From NCBI GenBank assembly GCA_029259175.1, contig JAPDJH010000004.1, positions 32,001-96,000 of the forward strand: a stretch of DNA of 64,000 nt, read 5' to 3'. How positions within the stretch are numbered: position 1 is the first letter of the stretch; each line of letters opens with the position of its first letter. Origin of the DNA: Hadesarchaea archaeon (GTDB lineage: Archaea > Hadarchaeota > Hadarchaeia > Hadarchaeales > Hadarchaeaceae). Positions 36,678 to 46,772 of this stretch are shown here, piece by piece. The translations under genes were made by a program, and so were the position numbers. The notes beneath the pieces were generated by a model. It saw nothing but the letters and a program-made list of their open reading frames with translations, did not search any database and was not told the origin of the DNA.

Positions 36678-37634
36678 GTGATCGAAAGTCAGAAAAAACT
36701 TATCGATAAGTTAGACTGGGACCATCTCATTATCTTAGACGCTTGCAGATATGATATATTCTCCGAAATATATTGCGAGTATCTGAGTGGGCAGCTAAAA
36801 AAGGTAAAATCTGCTGGCTCGTGTACTCTCGAATGGCTCAAAAAAACATGGGGGGGCCGAAATTACAAGAATGTTGTATATATCTCAGCCAATCCTTACT
36901 GTAACTCCTCCGAAGTAAAGATATTTGGATTTCGAGCAAAGGACCACTTTCATAAAATAATTGATGTTTGGGACTTTGGGTGGGACACCGAAGTAAATAC
37001 TGTGCGGCCGGAGACCGTACTTAGAGAAACAAAGCGCGCCCTAGAGCAGTACCCTTCCAAGAAATTCGTGATTCATTATGCGCAGCCCCATCCTCCTTTT
37101 CTGAAGGGGTACGAACTCCAAGGAATCGGCATACTAGCAAATACCTTAATTAAAAAACTCAATCTCCTTCACTCCGGAGGCGCGGCTCAGGTGGGACTAC
37201 ACCAAACAAACATACGAGATGTTATTGGAGGGAAACTAATTAGAACTCTTGGATATGGTGTCACTGCTAAAATCAAGAATCTGTTAGGATTGCCCGCTGG
37301 GGCGGTCTGGGACGTGTGGTTCAGGTTTGGGCCCGATAAAGTGAAAGAATTCTACGAGGACAACTTGAGGAGAGCTCTTAAATGCGTTAAGAAATCTCTG
37401 AACTTTCTTGATGGAAAAATAATAATAACTTCTGATCACGGAGAAATCTTTCCGATAGAAATTGAAAAGTTGGATTCGCGAGTGAAAAAAGGATTTTTGC
37501 GAGCGAAATTAAGGCCGTATAAAACGATCGGCGAATTTTATACACCAGATGGGAAAAAGATGGTGTTCGGGCATCCAGCTAATGTACGAATCCCGGTTTT
37601 GAGAGAAGTACCATGGTTTCAAATGAAAGCGTAA
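36678..37634 (+). CDS. AlkP/sulfatase-like core-domain protein (paralog of 31256-32104)
   Basis: LIILDACRYD, SAGSCT.EW, HYAQPHPPF, TSDHGE, EVPW. Confidence 0.85.
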   Translation: MIESQKKLIDKLDWDHLIILDACRYDIFSEIYCEYLSGQLKKVKSAGSCTLEWLKKTWGGRNYKNVVYISANPYCNSSEVKIFGFRAKDHFHKIIDVWDFGWDTEVNTVRPETVLRETKRALEQYPSKKFVIHYAQPHPPFLKGYELQGIGILANTLIKKLNLLHSGGAAQVGLHQTNIRDVIGGKLIRTLGYGVTAKIKNLLGLPAGAVWDVWFRFGPDKVKEFYEDNLRRALKCVKKSLNFLDGKIIITSDHGEIFPIEIEKLDSRVKKGFLRAKLRPYKTIGEFYTPDGKKMVFGHPANVRIPVLREVPWFQMKA

Positions 37635-37708
37635 TAAAAGTTGTAAACATCTTTATAGAGATTTTCCCGGAACTCCTTATAACTGATAGAAAGATATGAA
37701 AAATATGT

Positions 37709-39628
37709 ATGGGTGACAACAAAATTGTCGTTGTTCTCGAACACGAGAATCAGATCCGAGACTTCATCACAAAAAGAAAAACCAAGGGTAGAAAAATATT
37801 CTTGGCGGTCACACCCTTTGCCATGTATGAACTGGAAAAACTTGGGCGTAAACACAAAACACCAGAAGAATATTATGGCATCTCAGAATTGTACCGTCTA
37901 GGGATGAAGAATTATCGCAAAGTCGAAAGCATCTGTAAGATTATAGATAAGGAGATTCATGATGCGTGTCCGGTGCTGGCTCAACTCCACATCAACCCTG
38001 CTTGGTTTTCGTTCGCTGAGCTCAAGATAATATATGACACAGTGGCGATGCGGCTATTCACATTGTTCAAAATTGACCGTGCCGAGAATCCTGATTGCTT
38101 CATAGCATATGACACGAAGCGTTATCCGTTTGGTACCTCACAGTTGGCCCCAGGTTTGCGTTTTGATGGTCGAGAGTCCGTTTGGACACGTCTGCTTTCG
38201 CTTTCCGGGTGGAACTTTTACGTGAAAATACTTCCTCACCTCGAGTGGCCTGCTGGATCTTTTTTACCTAGAAAGGAATCTCTAAGCGTCCGCACCATTC
38301 TTGAAGATATGATGGTAAAAGCGACATTGCCATTCCCTCGCTTATATGATGTAGTCACTGCGGTGCACGAATATGGATGGCACGGTCTTCTTAGAGGTCT
38401 AAAAGACTTGATTCAGGAAAAAGAGAGAGTGTTATTGTTCGGCTCTAGCTGGGATTGGGACAGATGTAGAGAAGAGTTTGAAAAGATAGGGATTAGCCCA
38501 AACTTTTACAGATTGCGGTCTGACCTACAATACTATCTTAACAAACCGAGGGATTCAGGCACGGACAAGGCTCTGCGTTCGACTTGGGAGAAAATAAAGC
38601 AGATGCCTAAATTCCGCCGTTTGTTTATTTTTAAGGGTTTAGACTTCTTTCCGGTTCTTGAAGATAGATTCCAATTTCTAATTGAAAAGTTGCCATATGC
38701 CTGTCTAAACGCTTACAGAAGAACCGAAGAAATATTGAAGCGCAAAAAAGTAAGGGCATTATTGGTTAACACTTTATCCTCATGTACATACCGCTCTGCG
38801 GCCCAAGCGGCCAGAAACAATGATGTGCCAGTCATAGATTGGCAACATGGGGCTTTTGGTTTTTCACCGCATCCGATAATTCACTATACAGATATTGCCG
38901 CATCAGATATTTTCATCACATATGGTGAAGGAGTGGCCAAGCAATTTAGTTCCGTTGCTAAACGATTCAATACAAAAATCGTGCCACTAGGTTCTGCATA
39001 CCTGGCAGAAATAAGGCAACAAGCGATAACGAAAAGCAAAAAATCGCGGTTTGAAAAGGTTGCTTTATATGCCACGACCGCTTATTTTGGCCACACCTTT
39101 TACGTCTCTACCTTTCCACCCTTTGTTGACACCGCATTTTGGAATGTGCAAAAAACCATACTTGCAACGCTGGCTAAAAGTAAAGGGTGGAAAATAATAG
39201 TGAAGCTTCATCCTAGCTATCTTGTGAGACAGTCGCCATTACCACAATACGCGCAAGATAACAATTTTACAAACTGCGTTTTTTTTGGAAGAGAACGGCG
39301 TTTTACCGATTTGATGTTCATCGCAGACGTGATTATCATGGATATTCCACAGACCCCCTTACTCGAAGCATTGACTACCGACGTGCCTGTGTTCGTATAT
39401 ACGGGCTCTCTACATCTCGACAGCTTTGCTGAAAGATTACTTCGTCAAAGAGCATATTGTTATCGAAATCTTAATGCAATGATAAGAGATTTGAGCAAAT
39501 ATCTGGCGGGAGAAAAGTTAAAGAAAAAGGCATCCGTACACAATACACAATTTCTGAAAGCCTATGGTATTGGGCCCTCCTGGAAAAAAATAAAAAAGCT
39601 AGCTGCAGAGATAGTGAAAGCTTCCTAA
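37709..39628 (+). CDS. large GT-B-like protein, candidate nonulosonic-acid transferase
   Basis: WQHG and VKLHP motifs, T.LLEAL....PV, as in CMP/CDP-donor transferases and capsule proteins; converges on the nonulosonate operon. Confidence 0.6.
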   Translation: MGDNKIVVVLEHENQIRDFITKRKTKGRKIFLAVTPFAMYELEKLGRKHKTPEEYYGISELYRLGMKNYRKVESICKIIDKEIHDACPVLAQLHINPAWFSFAELKIIYDTVAMRLFTLFKIDRAENPDCFIAYDTKRYPFGTSQLAPGLRFDGRESVWTRLLSLSGWNFYVKILPHLEWPAGSFLPRKESLSVRTILEDMMVKATLPFPRLYDVVTAVHEYGWHGLLRGLKDLIQEKERVLLFGSSWDWDRCREEFEKIGISPNFYRLRSDLQYYLNKPRDSGTDKALRSTWEKIKQMPKFRRLFIFKGLDFFPVLEDRFQFLIEKLPYACLNAYRRTEEILKRKKVRALLVNTLSSCTYRSAAQAARNNDVPVIDWQHGAFGFSPHPIIHYTDIAASDIFITYGEGVAKQFSSVAKRFNTKIVPLGSAYLAEIRQQAITKSKKSRFEKVALYATTAYFGHTFYVSTFPPFVDTAFWNVQKTILATLAKSKGWKIIVKLHPSYLVRQSPLPQYAQDNNFTNCVFFGRERRFTDLMFIADVIIMDIPQTPLLEALTTDVPVFVYTGSLHLDSFAERLLRQRAYCYRNLNAMIRDLSKYLAGEKLKKKASVHNTQFLKAYGIGPSWKKIKKLAAEIVKAS

Positions 39629-41715
39629 TCTAACATTCTCTTAAAGATCTCCATTTTTACACGTTTGATCTTGGCTTTTTCGTTTGGTCCTATCTTCTCG
39701 AGCAAGCGTCCAGTACCGTCCGCTATTCCTATGACTCTAGTAGGATTAGAGATTGAATCCACAACGACGTCACCTTTTTCACCTACAAGTCCTCCAGCTA
39801 CGACAGGCACACCAGCAATCTTTTTGTATCCGGCGTTTTTCTCTACTACTTCATCGGTTTCCAATACGTTTACTACTTCGCCTGAAAGACCAGCACGCAT
39901 ATCAACTCTATAGATGTTTATATGTTTCCTATGTGCGGCCCTCACGGCATCGGGTGTTATGGATCCTACTGCTGCATCCAAAATTAATGTATTGGGTCTC
40001 AAATTGCGAACTATTTTCTCATTTATTATGGGTTTTCGTAACGCAAAACTGATAAGTATGTCAATTTTGTTACAAATTCGTGGTAAATCAGTAGCAAAAT
40101 TTATAATCCGGGATCCCTCTTTTTTAAGTAAATTTAAGGCTTCAACTCCTCTTTGGAGCTTTTCTTTATCTGGATCCCATAAAATTATTTCACCGCCGCG
40201 CTCAGCCAAATTTAGCGTTAGTTTGAAGCTTAACGAGTTACATCCGCATATTAAGATTTTTTTGCCGTTTATTTCTGTGAGTCGAGACAAAAGAGTTGCA
40301 ACAGCGTTGACCCAAGCATCGGTCTCTTTATATAAAAGTATTTTACTTTTCGTAATCTCTTTTTTCAGGGTTTCATATAATCTAGGCGCTCTGACAATGC
40401 TTTCGGCATCCAATAGAATAAAGTCAACAAATCCATCGGCTGTTCTTGCGACTTCTATGGCCTGTTTTTCAGTGAGAAGCTCGGCGTTTCCAATGATATT
40501 TGTTGCACTTTCACGAACAACCGGAAAAACAGGCGATTTTCTAGGTTTCAATGTAAGAGAAATCGTTAAAACACTCTCCTTATGCTTTTTCTTTGAAAGA
40601 GATTGCAACTCAGAGGCGATCCTTTTAGCTGCAGCCCGAATAGTTGGGATGGAAAAATCTCCCACTTTGAAATATGTTTTTAAATCTTTTTCAGAAAGTT
40701 TTAATGTTCTTAGTTTTTGTTTTTCTTTTTTTAACTCTCTGGCGGCGGACATCGCCAATTCTTCAGACACGTGGACAACATCTTTTTCTGAGACTTTGAT
40801 GATGAGTTCTCTTGGATCTATGCCATACTTTTTTGCTGCTTTATAGACATTTTTCAAAAATTTTGAGTGGAAGAAAGCATACCCAGCGGTGATATCGATA
40901 GGACTCACTCCTTTCTCTCTAAGAAGAGGTCTAATTAACTTTTCGCTTAAATCCATTATTTTATGAATATCAATTCCAAGATCATAACCCATCTTTTTGA
41001 GAATCGTTAATAAAATTTCAGTACAAGCATTGCCACCGCTTCTTCCAATCCCCTGCATAGAACAATCCAGAATAGTTGCACCCACTTCTAAAGCTGCCAA
41101 ACAATTTGCGTGAACTAATGAGAGATTATTATGACCATGAAAGCCTATTCGAACATTGGTAGCTTCTCGGACAGCGTTCACGTATGTTTTCACATCAGAC
41201 GGAAGCATGCCTCCAGCTGAGTCCACGATAGTGACCACATCTGCGCCCCAAGTCTCAGCCATTTTCGCACATTCGGCTAATTTCTTAGGTTTCAGTGCAT
41301 AAGATTTCATTAAGTTTGAAAACACATACATGTCCAATCTTTTAGCATATTTGATGTAAGGTTCAGCACGATGAATTTCTGGAGCGTTCGTACCGATTCT
41401 AACAAAATCCATTCCATAGTCGGAAGCCAATTTTAAATCTCGTTTGCGCCCTATGCCCGGAATAAAGAACATGCCGAATTTGGCTTTTTTGAGAACACTG
41501 GATGCCGCTTCTAAATATTCCTCATCGGTTGCGGCGGCTTTTCCTTCTCCAGCATTAGAAGCGTTTAACCCTAGACCGTGTCCAATTTCAATAAGTCGGA
41601 TGCCTGCTTTTTCCAATCCTGCCACAATAACAGCTGTATCCTCCGCCGTGAACTGAAAATCTATAACATAACTACCGTCTCGCAAAGTACACTCTAGTAA
41701 GTCTAACCTTTTCAT
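39625..41715 (-). CDS. 4-hydroxy-2-oxovalerate-aldolase-like (DRE-TIM) domain fused to a Rossmann-like domain
   Basis: TLRDG, HGLGL, GFHGHNNL, GIGRSGGN, DmpG-like helical region, then GKKILICGC...WD; start ATG 41715 overlaps the upstream stop. Confidence 0.82.
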   Translation of the reverse strand: MKRLDLLECTLRDGSYVIDFQFTAEDTAVIVAGLEKAGIRLIEIGHGLGLNASNAGEGKAAATDEEYLEAASSVLKKAKFGMFFIPGIGRKRDLKLASDYGMDFVRIGTNAPEIHRAEPYIKYAKRLDMYVFSNLMKSYALKPKKLAECAKMAETWGADVVTIVDSAGGMLPSDVKTYVNAVREATNVRIGFHGHNNLSLVHANCLAALEVGATILDCSMQGIGRSGGNACTEILLTILKKMGYDLGIDIHKIMDLSEKLIRPLLREKGVSPIDITAGYAFFHSKFLKNVYKAAKKYGIDPRELIIKVSEKDVVHVSEELAMSAARELKKEKQKLRTLKLSEKDLKTYFKVGDFSIPTIRAAAKRIASELQSLSKKKHKESVLTISLTLKPRKSPVFPVVRESATNIIGNAELLTEKQAIEVARTADGFVDFILLDAESIVRAPRLYETLKKEITKSKILLYKETDAWVNAVATLLSRLTEINGKKILICGCNSLSFKLTLNLAERGGEIILWDPDKEKLQRGVEALNLLKKEGSRIINFATDLPRICNKIDILISFALRKPIINEKIVRNLRPNTLILDAAVGSITPDAVRAAHRKHINIYRVDMRAGLSGEVVNVLETDEVVEKNAGYKKIAGVPVVAGGLVGEKGDVVVDSISNPTRVIGIADGTGRLLEKIGPNEKAKIKRVKMEIFKRMLD

Positions 41716-42818
41716 TCCATTTCCTCCAAGACGTTTAATAGCACGTTGGCACTTCGGATTATGTATTCCTTTGGAAGCGAAGGATCCACCCAAAGATTAA
41801 TTACATGTTTCCCAAAATATTTTGCTCTAACGAATAATTGAGGATCCTGCTTCCTTCCTGAAAAATACCAACGATGCACAGGAGGATACCAATTGCTTAT
41901 ATGTATGCCTTTCTTCCTAACGCGTTCTGTAACCATGTCCTGATTATTTGTCTTCAAAAGAAAGGTGTATCTCCAAGGAGTCCAATGCCAATGTTTGTAT
42001 TTCGGATGGATTATATGTTTGTGTTTCAAAAGTCTACAATAAGTTTGTGCATATTCTCTTCTTTTCTTAATATAAAATTCCAGCTTCGGGATCTCACGAG
42101 CAATAGCTTTAAGATAAACCCGAGTTACCCTGAAAATGTACATTTTTTTGAAAATTTGGGGCAACGGTAAGAAAAGTCTGTCTAATTCTTCGTTTTCTTT
42201 AGTAAGAGGATACAAGGAGTAATATAATTTTCGGTAGAGTGTTTCTAAAGATTTAAAATTAGTTGGCCGAACTGGAAGTTTTCTAATTTCCTTTTTTATG
42301 TGGTGAGCTAGTGTATTCTCATCTGTAAGCAGAGCGCCGCCGCCGCCACAATCTAGTATTTTCGTGTGGCCAAAACTAAAGATAGAAACTTGACCGAAAG
42401 ATCCAACTTTTTGACCTTTATACTCGCTTCCCATAGCTTGTGCAGCATCTTCTATCACAAACAGATCATTGTTTGATGCTATTTTGAGAAAACGCTCTAT
42501 CTTGGCAGGATATCCGTATAGATGAGGGACAATCATTCCCGCAACATCATCTTCTAACCTGAGTATTTTTTCTACCGATCGGAAACTCATATTGAAGTCG
42601 TTTAAATCTATATCGCAAAAAATAGGTTTATACCCACCATAAAGCACAGAGTTTGGAACACTAGGGCTAATAATAGTTGGAATTATTACTTTTTTGCCCG
42701 AATAACCGTTTTTTGACAATGCTTTTAGAGCAACGTAAATCGCAGCAGTTCCTCGACCAGTCATGAAGCAGAAACGTCTATGAGTATAAGCTTTTAACCA
42801 TTCTTCAACATTTTTCAT
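41712..42818 (-). CDS. DegT/DnrJ/EryC1/StrS-family PLP enzyme
   Basis: HLYGYP, IEDAAQAMG, FSFGHTK. Confidence 0.88.
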   Translation of the reverse strand: MKNVEEWLKAYTHRRFCFMTGRGTAAIYVALKALSKNGYSGKKVIIPTIISPSVPNSVLYGGYKPIFCDIDLNDFNMSFRSVEKILRLEDDVAGMIVPHLYGYPAKIERFLKIASNNDLFVIEDAAQAMGSEYKGQKVGSFGQVSIFSFGHTKILDCGGGGALLTDENTLAHHIKKEIRKLPVRPTNFKSLETLYRKLYYSLYPLTKENEELDRLFLPLPQIFKKMYIFRVTRVYLKAIAREIPKLEFYIKKRREYAQTYCRLLKHKHIIHPKYKHWHWTPWRYTFLLKTNNQDMVTERVRKKGIHISNWYPPVHRWYFSGRKQDPQLFVRAKYFGKHVINLWVDPSLPKEYIIRSANVLLNVLEEME

Positions 42819-43789
42819 TTAATGTCCCTCAAGATACACTTCTTAACATCTTTTAGCCTAATAAACTTACTTTTTTTTCCGACATTTTTACATTCAGATA
42901 TTATAAAACGCAAATTTTTTTCGACTTCTTTTTCATCAAAGGAAATTAATGGATGCCAAGTTTTCCCCATTTCTGGCAAAACTTCAAATGGATGAACTAC
43001 GGTAACCAACACATCATATTTACGTATATGTTCCCGAAGACCCGTGGCAAGCACATGATTGTAATAGCTCAAATTTACGTATCTCCAACGAGGTTTAGAA
43101 TCGTAACTTACTCGTGTCCTTACTGTGGTCATGGGTACTTCTAATATACCAATACTCCTCTTCTCATCAAAGATTCGGTAATTTGTTGGAGCAGGATAGT
43201 AAGGGGTTTGAGGAGTCCCTCTCCAATCAATCATTTTGAGTTTATCTCTTCTAAATCTATGAGGAATTGCCGTCGAATCTATTTTAAGCCCAAGTTCCGC
43301 TAAACACTTCATAACTTCATTTGACATGAACGCCTCACCAATGCGCGAACTTTGCGGTATAAATCCCAAGTCGATCATCCGGTGGAAGGATTCTCTCAGT
43401 TGTCTGGTGAGATATTCTGGTCTAGTCTCCAGTGTCCAGTATTTCCCAACTCGACGGTATAAATGTGGATGAAAAGCTATCTCGTGGCCTTTTAGACTTA
43501 GTTTTTTCCACAAGTTTTTATAAGAAATCAGAATATGACCAGCGTCCCCATACAATTTTTCTAGCTGAAAGTCTACTCGGATAAACCATGTTATTTTGGG
43601 ATTTCGTCCAGAGCTATCAGCAACTTTTTCAAATATCTTCAATAGCTTTGGAATTCCTTTTCTAAGACCAAGCCAACCATCTATATCACGAACTTCGGGC
43701 GTTTTCTTATTTTGATAGTAATATACATCATTTTCGACATCAACAGAGATGATTATGTGTAAAGTTCGAGATTTTTCCCGCTTTGTCAT
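42815..43789 (-). CDS. polysaccharide-deacetylase-like protein
   Basis: SVDVE, TWF, HEIAFHPH, IDST, LEVP, HPFE. Confidence 0.75.
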   Translation of the reverse strand: MTKREKSRTLHIIISVDVENDVYYYQNKKTPEVRDIDGWLGLRKGIPKLLKIFEKVADSSGRNPKITWFIRVDFQLEKLYGDAGHILISYKNLWKKLSLKGHEIAFHPHLYRRVGKYWTLETRPEYLTRQLRESFHRMIDLGFIPQSSRIGEAFMSNEVMKCLAELGLKIDSTAIPHRFRRDKLKMIDWRGTPQTPYYPAPTNYRIFDEKRSIGILEVPMTTVRTRVSYDSKPRWRYVNLSYYNHVLATGLREHIRKYDVLVTVVHPFEVLPEMGKTWHPLISFDEKEVEKNLRFIISECKNVGKKSKFIRLKDVKKCILRDIK

Positions 43790-43794
43790 CCGCT

Positions 43795-44988
43795 CTAATT
43801 TTGGGTTATAAATTTTATTTTTTTCTCAGCCATTTTTGCTATTTTCAATGCATGTTCTCGATTATTTCCAAGGGAGATAATATGTCCAATTCGGTCATCG
43901 CCACACCTCAGTGGTCTTATAATATCTCCTGGTTTTACGTAAATATCAATTTCATAAATCCCACTTATTTTTTTCGCAGAAGCTACACCCACTACTTTTC
44001 TCAATCTCCCGGGTGTATTTTTGAAAAACAACAAAACAGAACCTTTTTTCTTCGTTTTTTTAAGATTGGGTTTTTCCCCAACTGCCAAATTTATAGTAGC
44101 TTCCAAAACATCCACTCCTGTAATATTCGGGATAATATCAGTGAAAACTTTGAAGCCAGCACCTCTAGCACCCAACTCGATTAACATAGGGCCTTTTTCC
44201 GTCATCATCATTTCTATATGTGCTGGACTGTTATCAATGCCAACAGCTTTCGTCGCTTTTTTTGCTACTGTTTCTATTTTTCTTATCCATCTCTCGCTAT
44301 TTTCAAATTTTGATGGAAAACACACCAATGTGTCGACTAGATAAGGCGGCGGTGTTTTTTCCTTATCAGATGTGACTAAAATAATTTTTTTTCGTTTATA
44401 CACAAATTCTTCCACACTAATGGGGCACCCTTCCATAAACTTTTCAACCAGTATTTTTCCACAGCGCGAGTGTTTTTTTGCCCATTTGAACGCAAATTCT
44501 AGTTGTTTCCAATTTTCCACTTTGCTAACCCCTCTCGCTCCAGCATTATCGACTGGTTTCACAACCACCGGGAACCCGAAGTCCCGAATCGTTCTTTTAG
44601 CTTCTTTTAAACTAAACACTGGATGAAAAGCTGGAGAAGGCACGTTAGCTTTTTTGAAACACTTTCGCTGAAGTTCTTTATTGTTTGAGATTTTTGCTAC
44701 CTGTTTCTTTATTCCTACCAGCCCCAATTCTTCTGCAATAGTAGCTACCGTAGGAAGTGCTATCTCGGACGCTATTGTGGTTACCCCATCGATCTTGTAT
44801 TTTTTTGCTATTTTTAAGCAACCTTTTATGTTCTTGATGTCCATACATATGGGCACATCGGCTATTCGAAGGCCGGGTGCATGTGGATTTTTATCTATTG
44901 CTACAATTTTTAGGCCCATTTCTTTTGCTTTCAAAATGCCTGGCAGTTGAAATCGGCCAGCGCCGACAAACATTATCGTTTTGATCAC
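43795..44988 (-). CDS. ATP-grasp ligase
   Basis: VVKPVDNAGARGV, VEKFMEG, HIE, IELGAR. Confidence 0.9.
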   Translation of the reverse strand: MIKTIMFVGAGRFQLPGILKAKEMGLKIVAIDKNPHAPGLRIADVPICMDIKNIKGCLKIAKKYKIDGVTTIASEIALPTVATIAEELGLVGIKKQVAKISNNKELQRKCFKKANVPSPAFHPVFSLKEAKRTIRDFGFPVVVKPVDNAGARGVSKVENWKQLEFAFKWAKKHSRCGKILVEKFMEGCPISVEEFVYKRKKIILVTSDKEKTPPPYLVDTLVCFPSKFENSERWIRKIETVAKKATKAVGIDNSPAHIEMMMTEKGPMLIELGARGAGFKVFTDIIPNITGVDVLEATINLAVGEKPNLKKTKKKGSVLLFFKNTPGRLRKVVGVASAKKISGIYEIDIYVKPGDIIRPLRCGDDRIGHIISLGNNREHALKIAKMAEKKIKFITQN

Positions 44989-44997
44989 TTTCCTCCC

Positions 44998-45759
44998 TTA
45001 ACGCGTAAGTTTATCACTAAGTAAAGATTTTATATATCCCTCATTCCGGACTATTTGTTTATTTATTTCCAATAAACGAGGATTTTTTTCCAAGAAATTG
45101 AGAATATCATCTAAGTAGAAAATTCCTCCTTCTTTGTATAAACTACGGAACACTTCCGAAACCACGTAAAAATCTCTTTCATCATCTACACATAATCTGA
45201 TATGAGAAAGATCTCTATCGTTCTCTACCGTATATATCCGAAATTTATCAGGGTTTTTCCAAATGTAGGGAGTAACATGTTCCCTTTCTGACGCCCACTT
45301 TGCTTCTCGCCAAGCTTTTTCCAAAGCATTAAACGAAAAGACCTCGGTCTCGACAATTCCATCAGGAAATGTAGGGCCGCTTCTCACATAATCAAATTTG
45401 TCACGATTTTTTAGATAATGTTCAATTATTTTATCCACAAGTTTCGGATCTATTAATGGACAATCGGCAGTTAATCTCACTATTGGATCCACACCAAATT
45501 TTTTTGCAGCTTGATAATATCGATCCAAAACATCTTCTTCGCTTCCTCGAAAGCTATCTAATCCATTAGCTGTTGCAAACTCAACTATAACATCGTCCTC
45601 CTTTTTTTGAGTAGTTGCGATTATTATTTTTTTTATAAACTTGGACCATTTGAGACGATAAATCATATGCCACAACATTGGTTTTCCTAGAATGTTTTTC
45701 ATCACTTTGCCAGGAAGGCGTGTTGACCCCATTCTCGCTTGGATGATTGCGGCCAGCAT
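44998..45759 (-). CDS. SpsF-type cytidylyltransferase (CMP-nonulosonate synthetase-like)
   Basis: IIQARMGSTRLPGK, GSEEDVL.R, RLTADCP, REHVT. Confidence 0.9.
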   Translation of the reverse strand: MLAAIIQARMGSTRLPGKVMKNILGKPMLWHMIYRLKWSKFIKKIIIATTQKKEDDVIVEFATANGLDSFRGSEEDVLDRYYQAAKKFGVDPIVRLTADCPLIDPKLVDKIIEHYLKNRDKFDYVRSGPTFPDGIVETEVFSFNALEKAWREAKWASEREHVTPYIWKNPDKFRIYTVENDRDLSHIRLCVDDERDFYVVSEVFRSLYKEGGIFYLDDILNFLEKNPRLLEINKQIVRNEGYIKSLLSDKLTR

Positions 45760-45762
45760 AAG

Positions 45763-46770
45763 CTAACCCTCCTCCAAATGTTTCACAATTATCTGCTTGA
45801 TTCTCTTTTTGCCAGCGCCATCAATTAATTTTTTCTGTTTCATGCTCATGCTCCGTCTTTTTCCCCGGTCCGATATTACCTCATGCAAAATTTTTAACTT
45901 CCTCTGTAGGGGTAGCACATTTTCCAGCATCACCGCGGCCCCCCGTTCTTCGAATATTTTTCCAAATCTTTTTTCGCGGAAGTTCTGAGGCATGATGATG
46001 GCTGGAGTCCCCAACGCGCAAAACTCTAGTAGTGTGGTCCCCGCACCGCAAAATCCACAGTCTGCTGCAAAAATCAGTCCTCCCAAGTTCTGAACGTGTG
46101 AGTACAAGTTTATGTTTTTGTGCTGATGTTCCAATTCTTTTGTTTTTTTACCAAAAGCTGGCCCAACAACAACATCTATTTCTATATCCTCATTTTTTCC
46201 AAGTTTTGCGAGGAGATCCAAGGCTTCTTTTGTGTGAAAACATGGATCAGCTGAACCGAAAGCTATCAGTATTCTCTCTACTTTTTGCTTAATGGGCTTA
46301 TTTTTTTTAGCGTATTCGATAAACTCATCTCGGATTATGGCGTATTCTAATCCTTCATAATAATTTTTTACCACTTGTTGTGGATTAACAACTTTCAAAT
46401 TTTGGTTAAAAAGATTTATTATCACGTCTAATTGGTGAGAATATCTGAAATAATCTAAACCCACAATCAGGATCTTTCCGACAGCTCTTTTTATCACCCT
46501 CGGATTAAAATCGGGCTTCGGCTGATCTATTACAAGTGCTTTTACCGCATTCTTTTTGATAGCCTCTAATAGACTCTGCTCGATTTTGCCCCGGATTATT
46601 ATGGGAGTACGACCTGCCTTTTCAATCATTTTAACCACCATCGGATGGTCATTGCAACAAAAGCAAACGTTAAAATCTTCAAACTCTCGGGCCAGCTCCA
46701 AAGAGCGAATCACGTGTCCCAATCCTCGTTTTTCATCTCCCGCAACTTTAAACAGGATGCTTGACATCAT
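45763..46770 (-). CDS. PseG/SpsG-like nucleotide-sugar hydrolase
   Basis: GLGHVIR, YAIIR, FGSAD, GAGTT..E...G.P. Confidence 0.85.
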   Translation of the reverse strand: MMSSILFKVAGDEKRGLGHVIRSLELAREFEDFNVCFCCNDHPMVVKMIEKAGRTPIIIRGKIEQSLLEAIKKNAVKALVIDQPKPDFNPRVIKRAVGKILIVGLDYFRYSHQLDVIINLFNQNLKVVNPQQVVKNYYEGLEYAIIRDEFIEYAKKNKPIKQKVERILIAFGSADPCFHTKEALDLLAKLGKNEDIEIDVVVGPAFGKKTKELEHQHKNINLYSHVQNLGGLIFAADCGFCGAGTTLLEFCALGTPAIIMPQNFREKRFGKIFEERGAAVMLENVLPLQRKLKILHEVISDRGKRRSMSMKQKKLIDGAGKKRIKQIIVKHLEEG

Positions 46771-46772
46771 TC

